In this document: piece by piece, positions 44,801 through 58,202 of the stretch | How the letters are laid out: each line of letters starts with the position of its first letter | Position numbering within the stretch: position 1 is the stretch's first letter | Assembly (NCBI GenBank): GCA_002269645.1 | Contig: NIVC01002594.1 | Coordinates: 1-64,000 of the forward strand | Source of the DNA: Macrostomum lignano | Lineage: Eukaryota | Direction of reading: 5' to 3' | DNA length: 64,000 nt | Position numbers and translations under genes: made by a program | The notes under the pieces: model-generated | Database searches by the model: none | The model's input: the letters and a program-made list of their open reading frames with translations, nothing else | Told to the model about the DNA's origin: nothing

Positions 44801-45244
44801 TCCTTTAAGCTGTTGCTAGGGCGCTGCTAAGCATTCTCAAATGAATTCAAAGCTCACTTAATAAGAAATGGGAATCTAGTCTCCCTTTCTTTGCTTTGCA
44901 TTTCCCTAGTGAAGAAAGGAAAATATCTACTGAGCTTGACGATGGGGTTCCTCTGTTTCCTGTCGGTACAGAATAATGAGCTCCGCTTGAATTGCCAGGT
45001 CTTTGATTATGGTTTATTCGATCGAGTGATTTTTCTGACTCAACATGGCCCGCGTGCCTCTACGCATCATTATGAAGCCCCATCTGCTGTTGCTGCTGCT
45101 TTAATTATAATAATCAACTTGGCTAATTTATTTTTCAAAGCGCAAGGCAAATTATTCAAGTCTCTTAAAGTGTTTTCCTTATCAAAATAAAATAATTTCA
45201 GCCCAGTCAAATTAGCGAATGCTTGCACTGCAGCTGTAGCAATT

Positions 45245-48200
45245 ATGGACTACCAGTTAATTAGTGTTAAACACGAAGCGGCCGACGCCCCGGAAGAATA
45301 CGATAATGACGACAGCTTCAGCGGCGCAAATCTCGGAGGCGCCGACGCTGACATCAGTCGCGGCCGAGGCTCGTCGAATCCGGCTGCCGGCGCCGGCCGC
45401 AAAAAAGCGAAGCTGAAAGAGCCGTCAGCAGACTTGGGCATCATGTCGGAGAATCAGATTTGCGTCGTGTGCGGAGACTACGCCTCCGGTTTTCATTACT
45501 CGGCGCTCACCTGCGAGGCCTGCAAGAGCTTCTTTAAGCGGACTGTTCAGGGTGAGTCGGGGTGCCATTTCGACATTCGGTCTATTAAAGTACAATATAT
45601 TATTCAAGGCAGGGACTGCGTGCACCATAGTGCACTTTAAGCGACATTGTCGCACAACAGGTGAGAGGCATTGCTGCCCATTCCGCCCACACCCCTGACC
45701 TGAGCAGGCACACCAGCGCGCGGATACGTACGCAGTCAGAGGCTCAGGTGCACACGAGTGTACAGCGGCCCTAACTTGGAATCCAGCCTGGGCCGCTGGC
45801 ACATCAGAGCGCCGCTCTAGACCACCACTGGGCTACGCTCCCCCTATCAAAGTACATATCAGTAGGCCATCTTGACATCCGGGTCTATTAAAGTGCACAG
45901 CAGGATGCTATCTTGACATCCGGGTCTATCAAAGTACATAGCAGGGTGCCATTTTGACATCCGGGTCTATCAAAATGCATAGCAGGATGCTATCATGACA
46001 TCCGGGTCTATCAAAGTGCATAGCAGGATGCTATCATGACATCCGGGTCTATCAAAATGCACAGCAGGATGCCATCTTGACATCCGGGTCTATCAAAGTG
46101 CATAGCAGGATGCTATCATGACATCCGGGTCTATCAAAGTGCATAGCAGAATGCCATCTTGACATCCGGGTATATCAAAGTGCATAGCAGGATGCTATCA
46201 TGACATCCGGGTCTATCAAAGTGCATAGCAGGATGCTATCATGACATCCGGGTCTATCAAAGTGCATAGCAGGATGCTATCATGACATCCGGGTCTATCA
46301 AAGTGCATAGCAGGATGCTATCATGACATCCGGGTCTATCAAAGTGCATAGCAGGATGCTATCATGACATCCGGGTCTATCAAAGTACATAGCAGAATGC
46401 CATCTTGAGATCCGGGTCTATCAAAGTGCATAGCAGGATGCTATCATGACATCCGGGTCTATCAAAGTGCATAGCAGGATGCTATCATGACATCCGGGTC
46501 TATCAAAGTGCACAGCAGGATGCCATCTTGACATCCGGGTCTATCAAAATGCACAGCAGGATGCTATCTTGACATCCGGGTCTATCAAAGTGCATAGCAG
46601 GATGCTATCATGACATCCGGGTCTATCAAAGTGCACAGCAGGATGCCATCTTGACACCTCTGTACATCGCGGTTTGAGTGTCGCTAGCGTGCTTGCAATT
46701 CGAATTATTTTTTTCGTAGCATTTTTCTACTTTTCAATTTCAGTAACAGAATCATGTAATTCAATCCCTGAAGTCTCATTATTTTATACAGTGTTGAAGG
46801 ATTTATTCCTAGAACATAAAAAAAATCGAGAATTCGACACTGAGCACGCAATCCCTAGCATTAATCTCAGCTCTCTGCTTACCTGTTCGTCATTTCACCT
46901 TGAGTTCATGACGCGCTTGTTAATGTTAAGCCTCTGATCAGCCCGCTGAAATTTCTCCTAAAGTACACAGTTGCAACTTAACCCCAGAGCCTTACTAAGA
47001 CTTTGATCTCCTCTCCTTCTTTCCTGCTTTGCTGCAGACAAGCACGAGTACACCTGTTCGGGAAATTTCGACTGCTCCGTGAGCAAATCTATGCGCAAGT
47101 CCTGCCAGTACTGCCGATTTCAGAAGTGCCTTGTGAATGGAATGCTGCCGCAGGGTGAGTGACCGGGTCGCGTTTGCGCATTTATTGCCATTGTGGCATC
47201 TCGGATCTTAAGCTTATTGATCCAGCTCACGGCCCCATCATGAACTAATGACCCTTGACATATGACTCATCCTTAGCTCACCATAGATCTCGTGAGCTTA
47301 TGACTGTTATCCTTAGCTCATCTGAGATCTCCTAATGAGCTTATGACCGTCATCCTAAAATCCTCATAGATATCATAATTAGCTTATGACTGTCATCCTG
47401 AAAAAATCCTCATAGATCTCCTAATGAGCTTATGACTGTCATCCTGAAAAATCCTCATAGATCTCCTAATGAGCTTATGACTGTCATCCTAAAATCCTCA
47501 TTGATCTCATAATGACCTTATGACTGTCATCCTGAAATCCTCATAGATCTCCCAATGAGCTTATGACTGTCATCCTAAAATCCTCATTGATCTCATAATG
47601 AGCTTATGACTGTCATCCTGAAATCCTCATAGATCTCCCAATGAGCTTATGACTGTCATCCTAAAATCCTCATAGATCTCCTAATGAGCTTATGACTGTC
47701 ATCCTGAAATCCTCATAGATCTCCTAATGAGCTTATGACTGTCATCCTGAAATCCTCATAGATCTCCCAATGAGCTTATGACTGTCATCCTGAAATCCTC
47801 ATAGATCTCATAATGAGCTTATGACTGTCATCCTGAAATCCTCATAGATCTCCTAATGAGCTTATGACTGTCATCCTGAAATCCTCATAGATCTCCTAAT
47901 GAGCTTATGACTGTCATCCTGAAATCCTCATAGATCTCCTAATGAGCTTATGACTGTCATCCCGGTTTTGGCAATAATAACAAGCCATGTTTTATTAATA
48001 TTGCCAGCTAATTGCCAACTTACCTGCTAGCCTATAATGATCCTTCCGCTTATCTGCCTAGGTTACCTAGGCTATTTTACCTAGGTTCCGAGCAGTCTTG
48101 AGTCTCGTTAGCATGGCCTGTTAATTTTCTTAATGACTGTCTGGCCTTTCCTTTCGCCGGACGGGCTTTTAGCGCTCTGGCTTTTTATTAGCCAAACTGG

Positions 48201-51200
48201 TCACTGTTTCTGCAAGGCGCAGACGATACTTTGTGCCATGAATCCAACAGCTATTTTCGGCTTCTTTATTGTCCCTGCTCCCATCAGGAGGATCATTCAG
48301 AAGACACTGCCCCCATCATGAGGGTCATTCAGAAGGCAGTCCCTGCTCCCATCAGGAGGATCATTCAGAAGGCACTGCCCCCATCATGAGGGTCATTCAG
48401 AAGGCAGTCCCTGCTCCCATCAGGAGGATCCTTCAGAAGGCAGTCCCTGCTCCCATCAGGATGATCCTTCAGAAGGCAGTCCCTGCTCCCATCAGGAGGA
48501 TCCTTCAGAAGGCAGTCCCTGCTCCCATCAGGAGGATCCTTCAGAAGGCAGCCGTTGTCCCCCAGCTCTTATGGGGAGGGGTATTCTTACCTAAGCTGCA
48601 GCAATGTTTCAGAATTTCTCTCTTAATGCATAATTTCTTAATCTAGTAACTTTCTACTCTAGTAAGGCTTCACACCTTCGTCTCGTAATGCATTTGTCAG
48701 CAGCAAGACTTCATGCGTTTAAAATATTATTTAGCTTTAAAAGCTGTTTGAGCTTTAAGCTGTTGATGGTCTTCTCAAAGCTGGATGGATTTATTAGTCC
48801 TTACAGAAGCGGTTGCGGCTTCTCAGGAATCACTTACGATCTAGGATATGCTGTAGCTGGCTCTGAGCTAAAGAAGCTTTGCACCGAGACGGTTTTTAGT
48901 AAGCTCTCAAAGCTTGCAACATAGTCAGTAGGGTAATGTCAAGTCTTCTTTCTGACTCCGTCCGTCTTTCACCCGTTTGTCTCTTTACTGGGTTAGTACG
49001 AGCGTAATGAATGCATTGCAGATATTGCAGCTGTCTACTGGCCATATATTTGTCATAACTTGCCATTACTCAATATTAACTGAGCCTTCTCAGTCTAGTA
49101 TATACTCCTTTTAATGCTTACTCTTGCTGATGGAATGCAAAATTTTGTTACTCTTCTGTATCTAAAATGTTTTCTTGGTTAGTAAGATTGCATACCAGAA
49201 TATGGGTCACTATCATTTGCGCGCTTTTGACTTGCGTGCTTGTAACGGTGCTTGTGACTGTGCTTGTGACTGCGTGCTTGTGACTGTGCGTGCTTTTGAC
49301 TGCTTGTGCTTCTAACGGTGCGTATTCGTGACTGCGTGTGCTTGTGATTGTGCATATTTGTGACTATGTGCTTGTGACTATGTGTGCTTGTGACTGTGTG
49401 TAATTGTGACAGTGTGCTTGTGACTGTGTGTAACTGTGACAGTGTGTGCTTGTGACTGTGTGTAATTGTGACTGTGTGTAATTGTGACTGTGTGTAATTG
49501 TGACTGTGTGTAATTGTGACTGTGTGTAACTGTAACTGTAATTGTGACTGTGTGTAATTGTGACTGTGTGTAATTGTGACTGTGTGTAATTGTGACTGTG
49601 TATGCTTGTGACTGTGTGTAATTGTGACTGTGTGTAATTGTGACTGTGTATGCTTGTGACTGTGTGTAATTGTGACTGTGTGTAATTGTGACTGTGTATG
49701 CTTGTGACTGTGTAATTGTGACTGTGTATGCTTGTGACTGTGTGTAATTGTGACTGTGTGTAATTGTGACTGTGTATGCTTGTGACTGTGTGTAATTGTG
49801 ACTGTGTGTAATTGTGACTGTGTGTAATTGTGACTGTGTAATTGTGACTGTGTGTAATTGTGACTGTGTAATTGTGACTGTGTGTAATTGTGACTGTGTG
49901 TGCTTGTGACTGTGTGTAATTGTGACTGTGTAATTGTGACTGTGTGTAATTGTGACTGTGTGTAATTGTGACTGTGTATGCTTGTGACTGTGTGTAATTG
50001 TGACTGTGTATGCTTGTGACTGTGTGTAATTGTGACTGTGTGTAATTGTGACTGTGTATGCTTGTGACTGTGTGTAATTGTGACTGTGTATGCTTGTGAC
50101 TGTGTGTAATTGTGACTGTGTGTAATTGTGACTGTGTGTAATTGTGACTGTGTATGCTTGTGACTGTGTGTAATTGTGACTGTGTATGCTTGTGACTGTG
50201 TGTAATTGTGACTGTGTGTAATTGTGACTGTGTGTAATTGTGACTGAGTGTAATTGTGACTGTGTAATTGTGACTGTGTGTAATTGTGACTGTGTAATTG
50301 TGACTGTGTGTAATTGTGACTGTGTGTGCTTGTGACTGTGTGTAATTGTGACTGTGTAATTGTGACTGTGTGTAATTGTGACTGTGTGTAATTGTGACTG
50401 TGTGTAATTGTGACTGTGTGTAATTGTGACTGTGTGTAATTGTGACTGTGTTTAATTGTGACTGTGTGTAATTGTGACTGTGTAATTGTGACTGTGTGTA
50501 ATTGTGACTGTGTGTAATTGTGACTGTGTGTAATTGTGACTGTGTGTAATTGTGACTGTGTGTAATTGTAACTGTAATTGTGACTGTGTGTAATTGTGAC
50601 TGTGTAATTGTGACTGTGTAATTGTGACTGTGTAATTGTGACAGTGTGTAATTGTGATGTGGGTTAGCGGCTTCCACTGAGCCTAAAAAACTGTATATTC
50701 AGTCTGATCAAACGCCCCTCTCTCTGCCGCCAATCGCAGACGTCCGTATGGACCGAACTCGCGGCGGTCGCAAAAAGTGCAAGCGCACTTCGCGCGAGCA
50801 ATTCGACCAGCTGGTTGAACAGATTGCGGCTGCCGGTGTACCCGCCAACCCGGCCACAGCTGGCCCAGCCGCATCATCGTGTGCCGATGTACCGCCACCG
50901 CAGCAGCAGGCTGCTCAGAACGTCAGCAACGGCGACATTGGTGCAGAGCGTCGCCTGCGTCATCAGTGCAACAACTCGGCCGGCTCAGAAAAATTCTTGG
51001 CTTCCATGAATCCGCTGGATAGTTTTATTCGCGAGGCCGTTGCCAACGACGCTATGATGCGGCCGCTTACCGTTGGCCACTGGCCGGGCGGACCGGACGG
51101 TGCGGCTGCCTTTTCGGCCGCCATACGCGACTGGTTTATTCGCGGCCTGAACTCTGTTATCGTCTGGAGCAATTCGTTGAAGTGCCTGGACGCACTGCTG

Positions 51201-51998
51201 CTGCAGGACCGAATCTCTCTGCTAGCTAAGAACTGGTTCGTCATCCTGCTCATGGACACCCTGGCCAGGTCTATCCCCTACAACGGATTCGTCCAGTTTG
51301 CCAGCAACTTCTCCATCGGTCCGAATGAGGCCGTCGCCTGCCAGGTGCCGCAGGATTTCTACTCAACCCTGTGCGGCATGCTGCAATCGTTTGATCATAT
51401 GCAGCTGGACCGGGGCGAGATTTCAATGCTGAAGCTGCTGGCCCTGCTCGATCACAGCATTATAGACGATATTGGCATCATCTCGCGTACCGAGGGCCTG
51501 CGCGGGGCCACTCTTCGCGCCCTATACCGGATCAGCTCGACCAAGCTGGACATTAGCGAGCATTCCGAACAGTGCGATCTGTACGTTAGCAAACTGCTGC
51601 TGCGCCAGGGTTTCACAGTCAACTTGAAGATGGGCCTGGAGTCCTGGTCCAGTCTAGAGCCGCCTAGTTTTGAACACTGCACCGAAGTGATCACCCGCGG
51701 CCTGGGCATTCACGCCGCTTCGCCTACCGAACGCTCCAGCCCGGAGGACGATTGCACCAGCTCGGACTCGTGCCCGGACCAGTTTCGCAGCCGGTTGTAC
51801 TTTAAAACTATGCGCCCCGGATCCATGACGATGCAGTCGGCGGCGCCAGCTCCTGCTGCTAATCCGATGCCGCCGCCGCCGCCCCCGCCGCCGCCGCTGC
51901 AGTACCAACAGCAGCAGCAGATGCCGCACCAAAATCCTCGCATCCTTCAGCAAGCCTGTGCTGAAGAACGGTCCCAGCCTCCTGCTCCAAAGCGTTGA
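45245..51998 (+). CDS. Nuclear receptor, ERR (NR3B)-like, about 560 aa; exons 45245-45551, 47038-47154, 50740-51998
   Basis: Two C4 zinc fingers ([30 protein letters not shown]; [19 protein letters not shown]), C-terminal extension [12 protein letters not shown], and LBD helices ([36 protein letters not shown]). Phase-1 introns; the total of 1683 nt is in frame. AATAAA at 52227. Confidence 0.9.
45870..46655. repeat. 41-bp minisatellite in nuclear receptor intron 1
   Basis: gacatccgggtctatcaaagtgcatagcaggatgctatcat units. Confidence 0.95.
47290..47962. repeat. About 43-bp minisatellite in nuclear receptor intron 2
   Basis: atgagcttatgactgtcatcctgaaatcctcatagatctccta units. Confidence 0.95.
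48270..48550. repeat. 36-bp minisatellite
   Basis: gtccctgctcccatcaggaggatccttcagaaggca units. Confidence 0.9.
49235..50657. repeat. 14-16-bp low-complexity minisatellite (tgtgactgtgtgtaat)
   Basis: Ends about 80 nt before the acceptor at 50739. Confidence 0.95.
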
Positions 51999-52608
51999 AC
52001 ATGGTGACGGTAGTGGCAGCATATTGCTTGTTATTAATCTATTATCATTCTTTAAAATGGACCAAAAAGATGAACTTGTCGGTAAAAAAGATTGAGTTGA
52101 ATGCATAAACCTGTACTGCATCAAACCCGAATTTGCCCACCTATCTATACAAATCATCAGCTATAAGCTTTAATTGTCTCGGCGCTTGTCTGTTACATGT
52201 CAATTGTACGGAGTCGTTTCTTTTCAAATAAAAGCTGTGTAGTTTTCTTTAAGAAAGTTTTTATTCTGACTTTTGTCTGGCCCGCCCTTTATTGTTGTGT
52301 GGACACGATTGCAGTGGTTTCCATTCATCATATTTATTATATTTTCCACTAGATTCGTCGCTTTTCTGTTTCCATATTTCAAAGTTAGATATTTTTGGCG
52401 CTGTTTTTGTACAGATCGATCTGTTTCTGTCTATCGTTTCTCTCTTGCCAATATTATGCCATCTTATTTTTACCCAGTGTTCAATGCTATTTGTGTGAAA
52501 GCATTTTAACATAATAATTAAAGGACTGAGAATATAATTAATTTCCCCTAAAGTTTGCTTGTTGTCAACAATTTGCTGTATTTGCTGTACTTGAATAATA
52601 TATCAAAT

Positions 52609-52805
52609 CTAGCAATCTGAGACTGAATAGCAGGAATTCGTTGTAGTCTATGGCCAACCCTGGCTTCAGCCTAGCATTTTCGGCACGCCTAGCAAGCAAA
52701 GTGGGAATTTTTTCAAGCTAAGTGAGAAACATATTAGAAACATGTAAACATATGGGTTGGCCATAGACTATAACGCATTCTTGCTATTCAGTCTCAGATT
52801 GATAG
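52609..52805. mobile_element. MITE with about 52-bp TIRs
   Basis: ctagcaatctgagactgaatagc..gtctatggccaaccc versus gggttggccatagac..gctattcagtctcagattgatag; TSD unclear. Confidence 0.7.
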
Positions 52806-52922
52806 AAAAAAGTCACTTAGCATACAAAAACCAGTAGTCAAAGAATAAAAGCTTTTGTCAGCCAATTTGATAATTAAGCCATTGCCATTTGGCAGCTGTA
52901 GATTTGGTCTTTGCCCATAGCC

Positions 52923-53010
<88 letters not shown>

Positions 53011-53889
53011 TGCTGCTCTCATCCTTCTTTGTACCGATGTCTATGGCAGAATCACCAACCTGCTTGCCTTGTTCCGTTTATGTTTATGTCTATTGGCAAG
53101 ACCAAGTCAACTGCTGTCAAAAGCAATGCTGCGCACACAGATATTTGTAGTAGATGTTTATGGTTAGAGAAGCGTATTGTGCTTGTTATTTTCTGTTTTT
53201 AGAATTTAAAAGAGAAACGGAGCCTCTGTAAGATTTTCTAACGCAGTTCAGAATATTATAGCTTTCTATAGCTAACTATTGATAATATAGTTGTGTTACA
53301 TAATTGTTGTTTGTCCTCTGTCTGATTGTGCCAAGTTCGCTTTATTGTGCTGCCATGCATGTAAATTCTATGTGCTTTTTGATCTATCTATATACACTAA
53401 TATCTATTCATCTTATATTGTCTGTTTTAATTAGCTATTGTTAAAGCGCTGCAGACAGATTTTTTGCATAGTCTACTACAGTGGGAGCTTTTTTTCATAC
53501 TTGATGTATTGCGCGTATCTACTGTAACTGCTCCTTTTTGTACGTCCTCTGAAACCGCTTTTTTCTAAAATAGATCCCCAAAATGGGTTCCTTGCGATTT
53601 TACTCATCAATAGTTGCTATCTCGATTGCTGATCCCTATTTCTCTCTGAGATCTTGTTGTCTGGTTGCGCCCGAGAAAATATATAAACTAAGCATACCCG
53701 TACTGTGAGTAGACAATATTATAGTTACACTAAGTTAATGGCTGCCAATATATACATGCATATGTATGTCTGTCTATGTTTTTTCTTTGTCATATATAAG
53801 AATAAAATACTGAGCACAAAAATGTATTTGCTGTTAAAACTTTCATCTTTCGTTCCACCTTGTCATTGATTCCTTTTTCATGCAGGCTT

Positions 53890-55960
53890 ATGCCAGTATG
53901 GGACACAGACAGTGGGTGAATGCCAGTATAGGACACAGACAGTGAGTGAATGCCAGTGTAGGACACAGACAGTGGGTGAATGCCAGTGTAGGACACAGAC
54001 AGTGGGTGAATGCCAGTATGGGACACAGACAGTGAGTGAATGCCAGTGTAGGACACAGACAGTGGGTGAATGCCAGTGTAGGACACAGACAGTGGGTGAA
54101 TGCCAGTGTAGGACACAGACAGTGGGTGAATGCCAGTATAGGACACAGACAGTGGGTGAATGCCAGTATAGGACACAGACAGTGGGTGAATGCCAGTATA
54201 GGACACAGACAGTGAGTGAATGCCAGTGTAGGACACAGACAGTGAGTGAATGCCAGTATGGGACACAGACAGTGGGTGAATGCCAGTATAGGACACAGAC
54301 AGTGAGTGAATGCCAGTATGGGACACAGACAGTGAGTAAATGCCAGTGTAGGACACAGACAGTGGGTGAATGCCAGTGTAGGACACAGACAGTGGGTGAA
54401 TGCCAGTATAGGACACAGACAGTGAGTGAATGCCAGTGTAGGACACAGACAGTGGGTGAATGCCAGTGTAGGACACAGACAGTGGGTGAATGCCAGTATA
54501 GGACACAGACAGTGAGTGAATGCCAGTGTAGGACACAGACAGTGGTGAATGCCAGTGTAGGACACAGACAGTGGGTGAATGCCAGTGTAGGACACAGACA
54601 GTGGGTGAATGCCAGTATAGGACACAGACAGTGGGTGAATGCCAGTATAGGACACAGACAGTGAGTGAATGCCAGTGTAGGACACAGACAGTGAGTGAAT
54701 GCCAGTATGGGACACAGACAGTGGGTGAATGCCAGTATAGGACACAGACAGTGAGTGAATGCCAGTATGGGACACAGACAGTGAGTGAATGCCAGTGTAG
54801 GACACAGACAGTGAGTGAATGCCAGTATAGGACACAGACAGTGAGTGAATGCCAGTATGGGACACAGACAGTGGGTGAATGCCAGTATAGGACACAGACA
54901 GTGAGTGAATGCCAGTATGGGACACAGACAGTGAGTAAATGCCAGTGTAGGACACAGACAGTGGGTGAATGCCAGTGTAGGACACAGACAGTGGGTGAAT
55001 GCCAGTATAGGACACAGACAGTGAGTGAATGCCAGTGTAGGACACAGACAGTGGGTGAATGCCAGTGTAGGACACAGACAGTGGGTGAATGCCAGTATAG
55101 GACACAGACAGTGAGTGAATGCCAGTGTAGGACACAGACAGTGGGTGAATGCCAGTGTAGGACACAGACAGTGGGTGAATGCCAGTGTAGGACACAGACA
55201 GTGGGTGAATGCCAGTATAGGACACAGACAGTGGGTGAATGCCAGTATAGGACACAGACAGTGAGTGAATGCCAGTGTAGGACACAGACAGTGAGTGAAT
55301 GCCAGTATGGGACACAGACAGTGGGTGAATGCCAGTATAGGACACAGACAGTGAGTGAATGCCAGTATGGGACACAGACAGTGAGTGAATGCCAGTGTAG
55401 GACACAGACAGTGAGTGAATGCCAGTATAGGACACAGACAGTGAGTGAATGCCAGTATAGGACACAGACAGTGAGTGAATGCCAGTGTAGGACACATAAA
55501 GTGAGTGAATGCCAGTGTAGGACACAGACAGTGAGTAAATTTCAGTATAGGCAGTGAGTAAATGCCAGTGTAGGACACAGAGTGCAGTGAATGCCAGTGT
55601 AGGACACAGAGTGCAGTGAATGCCAGTGTAGGACACAGACAGTGGGTGAATGCCAGTGTAGGACACAGACAGTGGGTGAATGCCAGTGTAGGACACAGAC
55701 AGTGAGTGAATGCCAGTATAGGACACAGACAGTGGGTGAATGCCAGTATAGGACACAGACAGTGAGTGAATGCCAGTGTAGGACACATAAAGTGAGTGAA
55801 TGCCAGTGTAGGACACAGACAGTGAGTGAATTTCAGTATAGGCAGTGAGTAAATGCCAGTGTAGGACACAGAGTGCAGTGAATGCCAGTATTGAACACAG
55901 TGCAGTGAATGCCAGTATTGAACACAGTGCAGTGAATGCCAGTAAGGACACAAGCAGTGA
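53890..55960. repeat. 30-bp minisatellite (gaatgccagtgtaggacacagacagtgggt)
   Basis: About 68 units with higher-order variant patterns. Confidence 0.97.
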
Positions 55961-56764
55961 GTGAGCATAGGACGCAGGTAGTGCAGTGAGTTAATGCCAG
56001 CATAGGACTCAGACACTGTAGGGACTGAGTGTATTATATGACTAGTACGGCTATATTACCAAATTAAATGCAGTCTTCTAATGGATAGCGTTTGTTGTAC
56101 TTAGAATTCATCCATTTCTATTCATTTCTTGCAGCAATTTGTGTGGCTTGACCCGTTTACAAAAATAGCTAGTAACTAGAAAAGTGCAACATTAAGTTCC
56201 TGGCCGTTAAGGTTAGCCAAATTTGGCTAACTGTACGCCAGCCTTGGCGCGTGTACGCCTGAATGCCTTATTAGTTGCCTGTACGGCAGTAGAAGTTATT
56301 GAATTGAACGCATTGTACTCTGTTGATAAGTACTCGTACTGTTAGGGGAAGAGAGTGAGGACAGGGACAGGGGGGAATGTAATGCGTCTCTGGAAACACC
56401 CGGAGGCTAGTGTCGGATTGGTACACAGAGATGCGAGTGAGAAGAAGCGCATGAGCAGCAGCTGGTGCCTGGGTAGGTGCTGGGTGGGTGGCCAAGTATC
56501 CATGCGCTTCGTGACTGAGAGGTACAACCTTGACGATCTATATAGTGCGTGTTAGCTAGGGCATGTTCTGTTTCTCTGTCTACCTTGCCCGCAAATTTGT
56601 GTGCAACCTCTTCAGGTCTTTCTTCGCTCCTCACCTTTCTTGTCCTTGCCCATTACAAAGCGATCCCAACCCCGTGAATGCGCGCGACTGTCTACTGCAC
56701 TGAGTAGTGTGCAGTATAGCGGGTTCATCTTAGTGCAATTTCGTACCATTATAGCATTTTCTTA

Positions 56765-57222
56765 TGTAGGACTGGCACACCCTCATCCTAAAGTAGGACT
56801 GGCACACCCTCATCCTAAAGTAGGACTGGCACACCCTCATCCTAAAGTAGGACTGGCACACCCTCATCCTAAAGTAGGACTGGCACACCCTCATCCTAAA
56901 GTAGGACTGGCACACCCTCATCCTAAAGTAGGACTGGCACACCCTCATCCTAGAGTAGGACTGGCACACCCTCATCCTAAAGTAGGACTGGCACACCCTC
57001 ATCCTAAAGTAGGACTGGCACACCCTCATCCTAGAGTAGGACTGGCACATCCTCATCCTAAAGTAGGACTGGCACACCCTCATCCTAGAGTAGGACTGGC
57101 ACACCCTCATCCTAGAGTAGGACTGGCACACCTTCATAAAATCATTAGAGTAGGACTGGCACACCTTCAAAAAATCATAGAGTAGGACTGGCACACCTTC
57201 ATAAAATCATAGAGTAGGACTG
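56765..57222. repeat. 27-bp minisatellite (gtaggactggcacaccctcatcctaaa)
   Basis: Direct tandem units. Confidence 0.95.
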
Positions 57223-57419
57223 ACATGCTTCTCTAATCCTCACGCAGTTACTAGAACAACTACTATCAGTAAGAATAGTAGTAAGTTACTACTATTCAGT
57301 TCAGTAGAAAGTTAAATAGAAGCACATTAGTGTATTTTTAAAGGCAAGGCTGTTTTATTGGCTCATACCCCCCTCTTAGCTTAAAACCCTTTCCAACCAC
57401 ACAAAACCTCTACCTCCGC

Positions 57420-57870
57420 CCACAAGTACTAGAATAACTACATAGTTCACTCAGCACATTGGCGTGTAAGCTACTTTCAGTTCGATTAGTAGGTTAGACG
57501 GAAGCATTTTGATGTATTTTTAAAGCCAATACTCATTTATTGGCTCTTACCCCCAGCTTAAACCCTCCAATCCCGCCTTTCCACACTACTCCCCGACCCG
57601 CCCCAATTTTATTGCCTTTCTCGGAATTCCATCTTAAAGCTGCCATGTACATTTCAGTGGACTGGCTAATGTACATTATTGCTAATCAAATTAGCAAGTT
57701 GTTTACGTCTGCAAGCTTGGGCTTCTAAACTTATCAAAGTCATTTCAGCTGCCTCTATTCTTATAAAATAGCTTATGTATTCTTCTTTGCTACTGAACTA
57801 AAAGTAGAAAGCTGTTTTACTAAGTATATATGCCTGAGTAGCTCAATCTAGTTTAAGTATCTCTTGGCTG
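57420..57870. mobile_element. MITE-like dispersed repeat, copy 2 (inverted), preceded by a partial older copy at 57283-57400
   Basis: Reverse-complement similarity to 17290-17750; both translate to ..RPAPILLPFSE...KAAMYISVDW.MYIIA. Confidence 0.7.
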
Positions 57871-58202
57871 GACTGACAACTCTCCAAATCCATCCCGCAG
57901 CTGCAGTCGCGCCTAGTCTGGCTGCTTCATCCGCCGCCTCCGCCTCCTCCGCAGTCCGACAGCCGAAGCCTTCATGACCTTGACAACGGCGCCACTCCCT
58001 CCGTCAATCCGCTTGCGCGATCCGTCACTGAAGCCGCCTCGGATGCGCGTCTCGACGCCCACCTGACGCCGGCCAGGTTTCGCCAGCTCCTCGAACTGAT
58101 GCTGACTGTCGAGCAGCAGCCTGACGAAGCCTCCGAAGACATCTGCTGCTGCTGCTGCTGCTCTGACATCTCCACTGTCGCCGACTGTCCGCGCCTTGCC
58201 AT

